A DNA stretch of 40,427 nt, taken from Candidatus Omnitrophota bacterium. GTDB lineage: Bacteria > Omnitrophota > Gorgyraeia > JABMRN01 > RBG-13-46-9. Shown one piece after another: positions 19,778-29,816 of this stretch. The notes below the pieces were generated by a model. It was not told where the DNA came from. It searched no databases and was given only the letters and a program-made list of their open reading frames with translations. Position numbers and translations under genes: made by a program. The stretch is taken from the NCBI GenBank assembly GCA_013203315.1, contig JABMQJ010000014.1, positions 1 to 40,427 of the forward strand, in the 5' to 3' direction. Position 1 is the first letter of the stretch, and each line of letters starts with the position of its first letter.

Positions 19778-20812
19778 ATGGCTATGAAAAAAGAAATGAC
19801 GCTTACGGCGCTTGCCAAGGAACTTGGCGGCGAGCTTGTAGGCGATGGGAATTTAAAGATAAACGGAATACGCGATATCGAAGAAGCGCTACCGGGGGAT
19901 CTTGCTTTTATACTCAAGAAAAAATACGAACACTTATTGGAGAAAACAAAAGCGTCCTGCTGCGTAGTTCCCAGCCAGGTGACAAAAACCGCTAACAACA
20001 AACCTATTATCAGGTGTAAAAACACGAATCTCGCATTTAAAAAAGCCGCAGAATTAATTTTACCTAATCATATTCCGCATCCTAAGGGCATTCACGAAAA
20101 AGCTGTTATTGCCGACAATGTTACTCTGGGAAAGGACGTATCGATAGGCGCCTACGCTGTTTTGGAAAGCGGTTCCAGAATAGGTGATGGTACAGTTATT
20201 TACCCGCATTGTTACATTGGATGCCGAACAGAAATAGGAAAAAACTCTATTATCTATCCGAATGTTACCATCCGCGAAAATATAAAAATAGGCAATAGAG
20301 TTATTATTCACCCGGGTAGCGTTATCGGAAGCGACGGATACGGGTATGAGGCGACTGCGACCGGACATCAGAAAATACCGCACATAGGCGACGTTATAAT
20401 AGAAGATGATGTAGAAATAGGCGCATGTACCACCGTAGACAGGGCAAAAATTGCGCATACAAAAATAGGCAGGGGCACCAAAATTGATAATCTCGTGCAG
20501 GTAGCGCATAATGTTACGATGGGCGAGAACTGTATAATCGTCTCTCAGTGCGGCATTTCCGGAAGCGTAAAAATCGGAAAAAACGTTATAATGGGCGGGC
20601 AGGTAGGCATGGTTGAGCATATTGAAATAGGGGATAACGCCATGATCGGCGCCAAGGGCGGCGTTATAAGGTCTATCCCCGCGAAATCAATAATGGCAGG
20701 CATTCCGGTAAGGCCGATAAAAAAGACAATGAAAATACTTGCCTTGGAAGAAAAGCTTCCTGAAATTTACGAAAGGCTTAAAAAAATAGAAAAAAAGCTG
20801 GGTGTAAAATAA
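19778..20812 (+). CDS. lpxD: UDP-3-O-acylglucosamine N-acyltransferase
   Basis: GSDGYGY, EDDVEIGACTTVDR, KIDNLVQVAHNV, hexapeptide repeats. Confidence 0.96.
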   Translation: MAMKKEMTLTALAKELGGELVGDGNLKINGIRDIEEALPGDLAFILKKKYEHLLEKTKASCCVVPSQVTKTANNKPIIRCKNTNLAFKKAAELILPNHIPHPKGIHEKAVIADNVTLGKDVSIGAYAVLESGSRIGDGTVIYPHCYIGCRTEIGKNSIIYPNVTIRENIKIGNRVIIHPGSVIGSDGYGYEATATGHQKIPHIGDVIIEDDVEIGACTTVDRAKIAHTKIGRGTKIDNLVQVAHNVTMGENCIIVSQCGISGSVKIGKNVIMGGQVGMVEHIEIGDNAMIGAKGGVIRSIPAKSIMAGIPVRPIKKTMKILALEEKLPEIYERLKKIEKKLGVK

Positions 20813-20817
20813 TTGAA

Positions 20818-21651
20818 TTGGAAAATCAAAAGACAATAAAAAAAGAATTTTTCATTGAAGGAAAAGGCCTTCAAACCGGTAAGCCTGTAAAGGCTTTTTT
20901 TTATCCCGGTAAGGAAAATTCCGGTATAATTTTTGTAAGAAAAGACCTAGAAGGTAAACCCTCGGTATCTTTGAAAGATTTGTCGGGCCTCAGCACCGAC
21001 AGGCGGAGTAAGATCGATTTATCCGGAAAAGGCGAAGTGGAAACAGTAGAACACATTACGGCAGCGCTATGGGGAGCCGAAATAGATAACATAAAGATAG
21101 AACTTGACAGTTCTGAACCGCCGGCGCTAGACGGAAGTGCTGCCGAATTTTTAAAAGCGTTTAAAGATGCCGGCATAACCGAACAGGATAAAACGCGCGA
21201 ATTTGTAAAGATAAAAGAACCGATATGGATAGAAGACGGAGAATCTTTTTTAGGCGTATTCCCGTCGGAGATTTTTAAAGTATCCTATATTCTCGAGTAT
21301 CCGTCCGGGGCGATCGGGAGGCAATCTTTCAGCCAGGTTTTAAATCCCGAAGTATTTCAAAAAGAAATTGCGCCTGCCAGGACGTTCTGCCTCAAAGAAG
21401 AGGCGGAAGCGCTTCTGGAAATGGGTTACGGCAAAGGGGCTAATTATAAAAACACACTGGTTATGGATAAAGACGGCCCGATAGACAATGTTTTGCGCTT
21501 CCCCGACGAACCGGTGAGGCATAAGGTACTGGATCTCATCGGCGACTTATATCTTTTAGGTAGGCCGATAAGAGGAAGAATTGTCGCCATTCGAAGCGGC
21601 CACAAATTAAATTTGGAACTGGTAAAAAAAATAAAGCCTGCCTACCGGTAG
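20818..21651 (+). CDS. lpxC: UDP-3-O-acyl-GlcNAc deacetylase
   Basis: TVEH, EPPALDGS, ARTF, HKVLDLIGDL, SGHKLN; TTG start. Confidence 0.95.
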   Translation: MENQKTIKKEFFIEGKGLQTGKPVKAFFYPGKENSGIIFVRKDLEGKPSVSLKDLSGLSTDRRSKIDLSGKGEVETVEHITAALWGAEIDNIKIELDSSEPPALDGSAAEFLKAFKDAGITEQDKTREFVKIKEPIWIEDGESFLGVFPSEIFKVSYILEYPSGAIGRQSFSQVLNPEVFQKEIAPARTFCLKEEAEALLEMGYGKGANYKNTLVMDKDGPIDNVLRFPDEPVRHKVLDLIGDLYLLGRPIRGRIVAIRSGHKLNLELVKKIKPAYR

Positions 21652-21656
21652 GAAGG
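21637..21656. repeat. REP-like palindrome copy 2 (CCTGCCTACCGGTAGGAAGG) overlapping the lpxC stop
   Basis: Perfect palindrome CCTACCGGTAGG with CCT/AGG outer arms; encodes P-A-Y-R-stop. Confidence 0.6.
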
Positions 21657-21665
21657 GAGTAGCAT

Positions 21666-22106
21666 ATGAAAGTAAATATCAATATAAACGAAATCAAAAC
21701 TTACCTGCCGCACAGGTACCCGTTTCTTTTAGTGGACAAAATCGTGGATATAGAGGAAAAGAAAATAACAGGCGTAAAGAATGTTACCGGAAATGAGCCG
21801 TTTTTTCAGGGACATTTTCCGAAGTATCCGGTGATGCCGGGTGTATTAATTATTGAAGCCTTGGCGCAAACCTGCGGCGTTCTGGTTTTGAGGATGGATG
21901 AGCATCGCGGGAAACTCGCGTTTTTCGCCTCCATAAACAACGCGAAATTCAGAAAACCCGTATTTCCCGGTGATAGTCTTTCTCTCGAAATCGAGATAAC
22001 AAAACATAAGTCTAAAATTGTACAGGCCCACGGTATTGCTAAAGTCGAGGGCGCCCTGGTTGCTGAAGCGGATTTGTTGTTTAGCGTAATCGAAATGAAA
22101 AAATAA
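21666..22106 (+). CDS. fabZ: 3-hydroxyacyl-ACP dehydratase
   Basis: LPHRYPFLLVD, FQGHFP..PVMPGVLIIEALAQ. Confidence 0.97.
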   Translation: MKVNININEIKTYLPHRYPFLLVDKIVDIEEKKITGVKNVTGNEPFFQGHFPKYPVMPGVLIIEALAQTCGVLVLRMDEHRGKLAFFASINNAKFRKPVFPGDSLSLEIEITKHKSKIVQAHGIAKVEGALVAEADLLFSVIEMKK

Positions 22107-22113
22107 TATTTTT

Positions 22114-22914
22114 ATGGAACGAATAGGCCTTATAGCCGGCGGCGGCCAGCTGCCTGTAATTCTAGCGAAGGAAGCGCGCAAAAAAGGCGTAAAAATCATA
22201 GGTTTTGCCATAAAGGAAATGGCTTCGCCTGATTTAGAGACAAACTGTGACAGGATTCACTGGTTTGACTTAAGCCAGGTTAATAAGTTTTTCTTTATGC
22301 TCCTTATAGAGCGTGTCAAAAAAATTGTTATGCTCGGCAAAGTTGACAAAACCATTATCTATGAAGGTATCAAAAAAGGCGATAAGGGGCTAAACCGTTT
22401 TAAGGGGCTGGAAGACAAGAGTGATTACGCTGTTCTCGATAAAATTACATCCGAATTCGAGAAAAAAGGAATAAAAGTAATAAGCGGCATCGAATATCTT
22501 TCGGATCTTTTTCCGGCGGCAGGTGTCCTGACAAAAAAACAACCTTCGGTGAAAGAGCGTGAAGACATATCCTTCGGGCTTGAAAGGGCGAAGGAAATAG
22601 CCCGTCTTGATATCGGTCAGACAATCGTTATTAAAGATAAAACTGTTGTGAGCGTTGAGGCGATGGAGGGAACGGACCGGGCCATCGAAAGGGCCGCAAG
22701 GCTTTGCGGAGAAGGATTTGTTGTAGTCAAGGCTTCCAGGCCAAAGCAGGATATGAGATGGGATGTTCCGACGATTGGCCCGGGAACCATTAGGCAAATC
22801 ACTGACTCAAGAGGCGCTGTCCTGGTCCTGGAGGCGAAAAAGATGTTTCTTGTGGATAAAGAAGCCTGTGTTAAACTTGCCGACGACAATAATCTATCTA
22901 TTGTCGTAATATAA
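22114..22914 (+). CDS. lpxI: UDP-2,3-diacylglucosamine diphosphatase LpxI (DUF1009)
   Basis: IGLIAGGGQLP, DIGQT, VEAMEGTD, KP.QDMRWDVPTIG. Confidence 0.93.
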   Translation: MERIGLIAGGGQLPVILAKEARKKGVKIIGFAIKEMASPDLETNCDRIHWFDLSQVNKFFFMLLIERVKKIVMLGKVDKTIIYEGIKKGDKGLNRFKGLEDKSDYAVLDKITSEFEKKGIKVISGIEYLSDLFPAAGVLTKKQPSVKEREDISFGLERAKEIARLDIGQTIVIKDKTVVSVEAMEGTDRAIERAARLCGEGFVVVKASRPKQDMRWDVPTIGPGTIRQITDSRGAVLVLEAKKMFLVDKEACVKLADDNNLSIVVI

Positions 22915-22918
22915 CCGC

Positions 22919-24046
22919 TTACTTCCTCGTAAAGCCCTCCACTATGCGCGCAGCGCGTAAAGATGCCCCGGATGTTCCAAGCATGCTCTTTACCCACCGT
23001 AAGTCTTGGATTTGTTTTTCCATTTTTTCTTTTGAAGAAACGATTGTTAAGATTTCACGCGCAAGTCTTTGGGGGCGAGCGTCGTACTGAAGGATTTCGG
23101 GAGCGATTTTACGCTTAGCTATTATATTTACAAGCCCTATAAAGGGCGTCTTTGCGAAAATTTTAAATAATAAAGACGTCAGAAACGATGTTTTATAAGT
23201 AATAAGCATGGGACGCTCCATTACGGCGCTTTCCAATGTTGCTGTTCCGGAAGTGATAAAAACAAAATCAGATACGGATAAGCATCCGTATATATCGTCC
23301 TTAATCGCGGCAAGGGGAAGCTTTGCGTTTTGCAGTATTTTGCCGTAAGTATCCTCACTCACGCTCGAACTTTTTAAAAGAATAAATTGCGTGTCTTTTT
23401 CTTCCAATATAAGACGGGCTGTCTTTAGCATAAGAGGTAGCATGTTTGCGACCTCGGATTCTCTTGATCCGGGCAGAAGCGCGATTGTGAATTTATCTCC
23501 GTCGAGATTCAATGTTTTACGATCAAGGGGCGTCTTGGGTATTTCCCGATCCAGGAGCGGGTGCCCCACAAAAGTCGCGTCGATACCGTATTCCTTAAAA
23601 AGATCTTCTTCGAATTTCAGTATTACTATCGCTTTATCGATGCATTTTTTGATCGTATAAATTCTGGATTTCCACCATGCCCACACCTGCGGCGTAATAT
23701 AGTAAACAACGGATACCTTTCTTTTTTTCAGGAGCTTTGCCAGCGTCAGGTTGAATCCCGGATAATCGACGAGAATTGCGATATCGGGCGGCGTTTTAGC
23801 GATCCTATCCGTAATTTTTTTGTAAACAAGACGTATCTCTTTTAATTTAGCAAAAACTTCGAATATGCCGATAATAGAAAGTTTTTCCATTCTTTCTACA
23901 AGTTCAACGCCGGCATCTTGCATTTTCGCTCCGCCGATGCCGAAAAAGCTCAAGTCCGGATTTAGTTTTTTTAGATTTTTTACAAGATTGGCGGCATGCG
24001 TGTCGCCGGAAGCTTCTCCGGCGGTTATGAGGATAGTTTTTTTCAT
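22919..24046 (-). CDS. lpxB: Lipid-A-disaccharide synthase
   Basis: AGEASGD, DYPGFNL, PQVWAW, FVGHPL, LLPGSR..E, SGTATLE. Confidence 0.97.
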   Translation of the reverse strand: MKKTILITAGEASGDTHAANLVKNLKKLNPDLSFFGIGGAKMQDAGVELVERMEKLSIIGIFEVFAKLKEIRLVYKKITDRIAKTPPDIAILVDYPGFNLTLAKLLKKRKVSVVYYITPQVWAWWKSRIYTIKKCIDKAIVILKFEEDLFKEYGIDATFVGHPLLDREIPKTPLDRKTLNLDGDKFTIALLPGSRESEVANMLPLMLKTARLILEEKDTQFILLKSSSVSEDTYGKILQNAKLPLAAIKDDIYGCLSVSDFVFITSGTATLESAVMERPMLITYKTSFLTSLLFKIFAKTPFIGLVNIIAKRKIAPEILQYDARPQRLAREILTIVSSKEKMEKQIQDLRWVKSMLGTSGASLRAARIVEGFTRK

Positions 24047-24972
24047 TTCTTAGAGAGTTTGATTTTTTCCAGAATATCCATCGCTACGCTGAGAGCGGAT
24101 TTTCCCTCGGTTCCCGAGACAAGGGGTTTGGTGTTATTCTGAATGCAAGCTATGAAGGACTTTAGTTCCTGCTTAAGGGGCTCTCTTTTTTTTATTCTTA
24201 TTTTTTTCTTAATGACTTTATTGCCTTTTTTCCTGACCACTTGTGCGACGTGATGAAGGTAATCCATGACGATATATGAGTCTTTTTGGGATATCTTAAT
24301 TTTTCGGATTTCTTCTTTTGTTACACGGCTTGCGGTAATGTCGGCAATCGTGCCGTTTTTAAAAGTAAGGCGTACGTTAGCTATGTCCTCATAAGGCGAA
24401 ATGGTACTTATCCCGACGGCCTCTATGCTTTCGACCTCAGAATCAACGAGGGAGAGTATGATGTCTATGTCGTGTATCATGAGGTCCAGAACAACGCCCA
24501 CGTCTTTTACGCGTTTCTTTTTTTTGTAAGGGCCCGCCCTGTGGCTCTCTATAAAGCGGGGGTTTTTAAGAAACGGTTCCACTGCCCGCACTACGGGATT
24601 AAATCTTTCGATGTGTCCTACCTGCAGGATGAGGTTTTTGGAATCGGCGATATCGATCAGTTCCTGCGCTTCGTCCACGGTTTGCGTGATAGGTTTTTCT
24701 ATTAAAACGTGGATATCGTTATTCAGGAATTCTTTGGCGATTCCATAGTGTAGGCTCGTGGGGACGGCGATGCTTACAGCGTCTACCTTATCGAATAGTG
24801 TGCGGTAATCGGGAAAATACCAGACCCTGCGTTTTTTTGCCACTTTCTTGGCGTGCTTCTTGTCTATGTCACAAACGCAGACCAGGTTAGCGTTTCCCAG
24901 CTGTGAATACACGCGTGCGTGCAGGGCTCCGAGATACCCTACACCGACAACGCCTACATTAACGTTGGCCAT
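24043..24972 (-). CDS. Gfo/Idh/MocA oxidoreductase, GnnA-like (UDP-GlcNAc 3-dehydrogenase)
   Basis: GVGYLG Rossmann, EKP, QVGHIERFNP, DLMIHDID; overlaps the lpxB start by 4 nt. Confidence 0.85.
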   Translation of the reverse strand: MANVNVGVVGVGYLGALHARVYSQLGNANLVCVCDIDKKHAKKVAKKRRVWYFPDYRTLFDKVDAVSIAVPTSLHYGIAKEFLNNDIHVLIEKPITQTVDEAQELIDIADSKNLILQVGHIERFNPVVRAVEPFLKNPRFIESHRAGPYKKKKRVKDVGVVLDLMIHDIDIILSLVDSEVESIEAVGISTISPYEDIANVRLTFKNGTIADITASRVTKEEIRKIKISQKDSYIVMDYLHHVAQVVRKKGNKVIKKKIRIKKREPLKQELKSFIACIQNNTKPLVSGTEGKSALSVAMDILEKIKLSKK

Positions 24973-25003
24973 TTTACACGTCCTTTTTTAAACATGAAAC
25001 CCA

Positions 25004-25032
25004 ATTCTATCACACAGGACTCCTTATATCAA
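25004..25032 (-). promoter_or_regulatory. sigma70 promoter for the gnnA-like/lpxB pair
   Basis: Minus strand TTGATA-17 nt-TAGAAT with extended -10 TG. Confidence 0.7.
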
Positions 25033-25146
25033 GTGTTTTTGCAGTAGGGCCCTTTTCCCCAGTTTTTCCTCGACAAAAGGTATTATATATGATAATATTT
25101 TATGCTACAATCGCGCTTCAAAAAGGCGTATTTACAGGGTAGAACT

Positions 25147-26967
25147 ATGCATAAAGACATAAAAGACTACAAGAGACTCTTAGGGTTTGTAAGGCCCCAT
25201 TTATGGGTGTTGGTGATGGCGTTTATCTCGATGCTTGGATACAGCGCTTTAAACGGCCTGTCACCCACAGTGCTCATACCGGCGATCGATAACCTGATAA
25301 GCGGACAGGGAATAATTATCCCTCCACATGTCAATGCGCCGCATTTTATTGTAGCACTCGTAAGCACAATAAATACTTTCCCTCCGGCACGCCTTATGAC
25401 AGTACTTCTTATCGCAGGGGTTATATTTTTCGCCTTTAGATGCTTCTTTGATTTTGTACAAGTGTATTTGATGAACGATGTGAGCCAAAGAGTTGTAAGG
25501 GACTTAAAAGACGCCATATACAAAAAACTCTTATCGTTATCCATGCGTTTTTACAGCAGAAACCCCACCCCAAAACTCATGTCCCGTATAACGTATGACA
25601 CAAGTATAATAAGGGATACGATAAGCACGAATTTCCTTGATCTTATCCTGAGGCCCCTGGAAATCGTCAGCCACCTGGCGGTTGCTATAGCGGTTGTATT
25701 TATTTTTGGCATACCGCTTAATTTCATATTGACAAGTCTGATTCTCTTTCCCTGCATACTTCTTCCCGCGGTTATAATTTCCTCTAGGCTTCGCAAGATA
25801 ACAACGAGGGGCCAGGAGAAAATGGGGGATATAAACACGATCCTTTTTGAGATAATAACCGGGATGCGCATCGTAAAGGCTTTCTCAATGCAGAAGTATG
25901 AGTATACGAAGTTTAAAGAAGAAAACCGCCGTTTTTATAAATTAGCCATGAAGGCCGTAAAAAGGATTAATATCGTAAGCCCGATAAACGAGATGACGAG
26001 CGCTATATATTTCGTAATCATTATTCACCTGGCGTATAAGCAGATCGTAGCAGGGCTTCTTTCATGGGGTTCTTTTACGGTTTTTTCAGCCTCGATTCTT
26101 TTGATGATAAAACCGATGAAACGTTTGGGTAAAGTATATGCTACCATACAACAGTCTTTAGCTGCGGCGACAAGAATTTTCGGTGTTTTGGATGCCGAAG
26201 AGCAAATCAAAGAGAAAAAAGGAGCCATTGCGTTTCCGACGATGTCCAAGGGCATATCATTTGAAAATGTATGGTTTAAATACGATGACGAACACATCCT
26301 GAAAGATATAAAGCTGCACGTAAGAAAAGGCGAAATCGTCGCTATCGTAGGCCCGAGTGGCGCGGGGAAGACCACGCTCGTTAATTTGATAGCCAGATTT
26401 TATGACCCATCCGAAGGGTGTGTAAAAATGGACGACCAGGACTTAAGAGAAGGAACTCTTAAGTCCATAAGAAGGCAAATAGGGGTCGTGACCCAGGAGA
26501 TGCTTCTTTTTAATGATACCGTTACAGTCAACGTTACCTATGGCAGCAAGAATTTTTCCAAAGACGATATCGTAAGAGCGGCAAAAATTGCCAATGCGCA
26601 TGACTTTATCATGAACTTACCAAAGGGGTATGATACTGTTGTGGGAGAGAAAGGATTTAGAATATCAGGCGGCGAGAGGCAAAGGCTTGCCATAGCAAGG
26701 GCTATATTTAAAAACCCGCCTATTCTTATTTTTGATGAGGCAACCTCTCAGTTGGACACCGAATCTGAAAGATACGTACAGGAGGCCATAGATCGCCTGA
26801 TGAAAGGAAGAACCGTTTTTGTCATTGCGCACAGGTTGAGTACCATAAAACACGCAACCAAAATAGTTGTATTGGACAAAGGCAGGATTGTGAATATTGG
26901 CGCGCATGGTGAGCTCATGGAAAGAGGAGGCTTATATAAGAAATTATACGATATGCAGTTTGTTTGA
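25147..26967 (+). CDS. msbA: MsbA-like lipid A export ABC transporter
   Basis: TM domain plus GPSGAGKT, ISGGERQR, FDEATS, IAHRLST; lipid A context; alternative start 25102. Confidence 0.88.
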   Translation: MHKDIKDYKRLLGFVRPHLWVLVMAFISMLGYSALNGLSPTVLIPAIDNLISGQGIIIPPHVNAPHFIVALVSTINTFPPARLMTVLLIAGVIFFAFRCFFDFVQVYLMNDVSQRVVRDLKDAIYKKLLSLSMRFYSRNPTPKLMSRITYDTSIIRDTISTNFLDLILRPLEIVSHLAVAIAVVFIFGIPLNFILTSLILFPCILLPAVIISSRLRKITTRGQEKMGDINTILFEIITGMRIVKAFSMQKYEYTKFKEENRRFYKLAMKAVKRINIVSPINEMTSAIYFVIIIHLAYKQIVAGLLSWGSFTVFSASILLMIKPMKRLGKVYATIQQSLAAATRIFGVLDAEEQIKEKKGAIAFPTMSKGISFENVWFKYDDEHILKDIKLHVRKGEIVAIVGPSGAGKTTLVNLIARFYDPSEGCVKMDDQDLREGTLKSIRRQIGVVTQEMLLFNDTVTVNVTYGSKNFSKDDIVRAAKIANAHDFIMNLPKGYDTVVGEKGFRISGGERQRLAIARAIFKNPPILIFDEATSQLDTESERYVQEAIDRLMKGRTVFVIAHRLSTIKHATKIVVLDKGRIVNIGAHGELMERGGLYKKLYDMQFV

Positions 26968-26978
26968 TAGATAAACAG

Positions 26979-27006
26979 TTGACACAAAGTGATTGGTAAA
27001 TATAAT
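26979..27006 (+). promoter_or_regulatory. sigma70 promoter of the rpsB operon
   Basis: TTGACA-16 nt-TATAAT. Confidence 0.75.
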
Positions 27007-27035
27007 AATAAGACAATGCAAGGAGGCAAAGTTAA

Positions 27036-27878
27036 ATGACGACAAAAAAAGAAACAGTTTTAATTAAACAATTGCTGGAGGCAGGGGTTCATTTTGGCCA
27101 CCAGACAAGGAAGTGGAACCCCAAAATGGAGAAATTTATATTTGGCAAGAAAGAAGGCATATATATCATAAACCTTGAGAAAACTGCCAAATGCCTGCTG
27201 GATGCCTGCAAATTTTTGAATGAAGTAGCAACCGCTGGCAGTTATATCCTGTTTGTGGGAACCAAAAAGCAGGCCAAATCCATCATAAAGGAAGAAGCCG
27301 AGAAATGCAACATGTTCTACGTGAATCAGAGATGGCTCGGTGGAGCCCTTACAAATTTTCTTACTATCAGGAAAAGCATAAAGAAGCTGGAATCTTACGA
27401 AAAAATGAAAGAAGACGGCACCTACGGGAACATATCTAAGAAAGAACGGTCAACGATAGATAAAAAAATCATAAAGTTATTAAAAAATTTAGAAGGTATC
27501 AGAAAAATGGACCGGTTGCCGGGAGCCCTGTTTGTTGTAGACTGCAAAAAAGAGGGGATCGCTGTGCACGAAGCCAACAAGCTTTCTATACCCGTTGTGG
27601 CCCTGGCAGACACTGACGCAGATCCTGACAAAATAAATTACGTTATCCCGGGCAACGACGATGCCATGAAATCCATAAGCTTCGTAGCATCGCTTGCTTC
27701 TAAAAGCGTTCTCGAAGGCAAAAACCAATTTTTGGCAAGCAAAAAGGATGCAGATACGGAAAAGGAAACATCGAAAGCGAAAGAGCCGAAAAGAGACGCC
27801 CATGCGCAAGAGACCGAAAGCCCGATAAAAGGCGACATAAGGATGGGGAAGGCTACGCAAGAAAAAAAGAAAAGCTAG
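27036..27878 (+). CDS. rpsB: 30S ribosomal protein uS2
   Basis: LLEAGVHFGHQT..WNPKM, RWLGG.LTN, IPGNDD. Confidence 0.98.
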   Translation: MTTKKETVLIKQLLEAGVHFGHQTRKWNPKMEKFIFGKKEGIYIINLEKTAKCLLDACKFLNEVATAGSYILFVGTKKQAKSIIKEEAEKCNMFYVNQRWLGGALTNFLTIRKSIKKLESYEKMKEDGTYGNISKKERSTIDKKIIKLLKNLEGIRKMDRLPGALFVVDCKKEGIAVHEANKLSIPVVALADTDADPDKINYVIPGNDDAMKSISFVASLASKSVLEGKNQFLASKKDADTEKETSKAKEPKRDAHAQETESPIKGDIRMGKATQEKKKS

Positions 27879-27912
27879 TAAGAACAGTTAAAATAAGGAA
27901 GGGAAGACTCAC

Positions 27913-28497
27913 ATGACAGATGCCATCAGGAAGCTCAGAGAAAAAACATCAGCCGGGATCATGGATTGCAAAAAAGCGCTTAAAGAAGCCGCAGGAAACA
28001 TAGAGAAGGCAATTGAGATACTAAGAAAAAAAGGAATTAAACTCGCTACCCTTAAAAGCGGACGCGCCGCGCGCGAGGGACGCATAGAAAGCTACATCCA
28101 TTCAAACGCGAAAATCGGAGTTTTAGTTGAAATTAACTGCGAAACGGATTTTGTAGGACGAAACGAAGACTTCAGGCAGTTCGTAAAAGACGTATGCATG
28201 CAAATCGCGGCGTCAAAACCAAAATACGTGAAAAAGGAAGATGTCCCGAAAGACGTGTTTGAAAAGGAAAAAGAAATTTTAGCAGCTACCATAAAAAATA
28301 AACCAAAACCCGCGCTGGAAAAGATTCTGGAAGGTAAGCTGGAAAAATTCTACGAAGAAAGTTGTCTCCTGGAACAGCCTTTTATCAGGGATCCGAAAGT
28401 AAAAATTAAAGACCAGCTTCACTCGCTTATAGCAAAGATAGGGGAGAATATCGTTATAAAAAGATTCGTCCGCTATCAGCTGGGCGAAGAGATATGA
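27913..28497 (+). CDS. tsf: Elongation factor Ts (short form)
   Basis: [34 protein letters not shown]. Confidence 0.98.
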   Translation: MTDAIRKLREKTSAGIMDCKKALKEAAGNIEKAIEILRKKGIKLATLKSGRAAREGRIESYIHSNAKIGVLVEINCETDFVGRNEDFRQFVKDVCMQIAASKPKYVKKEDVPKDVFEKEKEILAATIKNKPKPALEKILEGKLEKFYEESCLLEQPFIRDPKVKIKDQLHSLIAKIGENIVIKRFVRYQLGEEI

Positions 28498-29210
28498 GCA
28501 AAGCAAAGTATAAAAGAATAGTACTGAAAATAAGCGGAGAGGCGCTTCAGGGAAAAAATGGGCACGGCATAGATCCTGCTGTAATCCTTTCGATTGCCAA
28601 GCGCATTAAAGAGGTAAAGGATCTCGGCGTAGAAGTCGCTGTTGTTATAGGCGGCGGGAACATTTTTAGGGGGCTGAAAGCCGCCACGCAGAATGGAATG
28701 GACCGCGCTATCGCCGATTACATGGGAATGCTTGCCACGGTTCTTAATGGCCTGGCACTTCAGGATGGGCTGGAAAGAGTAGGCGTTTTTACGCGTGTCC
28801 AGACTGCCATAGAGATGCAGGCGCTGGCGGAACCTTTTATAAGAAGAAGAGCGATTAGGCATTTAGAGAAAAAAAGGGTTGTCATATTTGTTTGCGGAAC
28901 TGGGAATCCGTATTTTACCACAGATACCACCGCTGCGTTACGTGCCACTGAAATCGGCGCCGACATTATTTTTAAAGCCACGAAAGTAAACGGCATCTAT
29001 ACGAAAGACCCGCTAAAGTATAAAAACGCGAAAAAATTTGATAAAATAAAATATCTCGATGTCTTGAAAAAGGGTTTAAAGGTTATGGACGCCACGGCGA
29101 TAAGCCTATGCATGGACAATAACCTGCCCATCATCGTTTTTAACATAAATAAAGAAGGAAACATAAAGAAAGCCGTTATGGGCAAAAAAGTAGGGACGCT
29201 AGTCTCTTAA
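28494..29210 (+). CDS. pyrH: Uridylate kinase
   Basis: [32 protein letters not shown]. Confidence 0.98.
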   Translation: MSKAKYKRIVLKISGEALQGKNGHGIDPAVILSIAKRIKEVKDLGVEVAVVIGGGNIFRGLKAATQNGMDRAIADYMGMLATVLNGLALQDGLERVGVFTRVQTAIEMQALAEPFIRRRAIRHLEKKRVVIFVCGTGNPYFTTDTTAALRATEIGADIIFKATKVNGIYTKDPLKYKNAKKFDKIKYLDVLKKGLKVMDATAISLCMDNNLPIIVFNINKEGNIKKAVMGKKVGTLVS

Positions 29211-29231
29211 GCAGGGGGGGGGGTGATTTTT

Positions 29232-29798
29232 TTGGCTTCTACAGCGCAGGAAATATTAAAGGATGTGGAAAGTAAAATGAAAAAAACAGTTGAGGCCACT
29301 GAAAGGGAGTTTTCCACTATAAGAACTGGCAGGGCTAACACAAGCCTTGTTGAGGGGATAAAGGTTAGCTGTTATGATACATCAATGGCCCTGAGGCAAT
29401 TAGCGGGCATCTCCACGCCGGAACCGCGCCTTATTGTTATTCAACCCTGGGATCGCTCCATATTGGGTGAAATCGAGAAGGCCATCATGACATCGGAACT
29501 CGGAATTACGCCGAATAACGACGGTAAGCTTATACGAATATCCATTCCCATGCTCACAAAAGAGCGAAGAGATGAATTAGCCAAAGTTCTTAAGAAAATC
29601 ACAGAAGAAGGAAAAATCTCCTTGCGTACGGCAAGGCGCGTTGCTAACGATGAAATCGAAAAACTGGAAAAAGACAAAACAATTACCGAAGACGATAAAT
29701 TCAAACATAAAGACCAGATTCAAAAGCTCATTGATAAGCATTCAAGCGAAATTGATAAACATTTAGCCAGTAAAGAAAAAGAGATTCAAGACGTTTAG
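29232..29798 (+). CDS. frr: Ribosome recycling factor
   Basis: IRTGRAN, IQPWD, LGITPNNDG, RTARR. TTG 29232 preferred over GTG 29223, which lies inside the SD/G-run. Confidence 0.95.
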   Translation: MASTAQEILKDVESKMKKTVEATEREFSTIRTGRANTSLVEGIKVSCYDTSMALRQLAGISTPEPRLIVIQPWDRSILGEIEKAIMTSELGITPNNDGKLIRISIPMLTKERRDELAKVLKKITEEGKISLRTARRVANDEIEKLEKDKTITEDDKFKHKDQIQKLIDKHSSEIDKHLASKEKEIQDV

Positions 29799-29816
29799 TC
29801 TATAAGCGTATTACGT

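Noticed and set aside
19768-19995. 75-aa plus-strand ORF
   Set aside because: Out-of-frame overlap with lpxD
22915-25100. Recombinase-driven invertible (phase-variable) segment
   Set aside because: No flanking inverted repeats or nearby invertase seen
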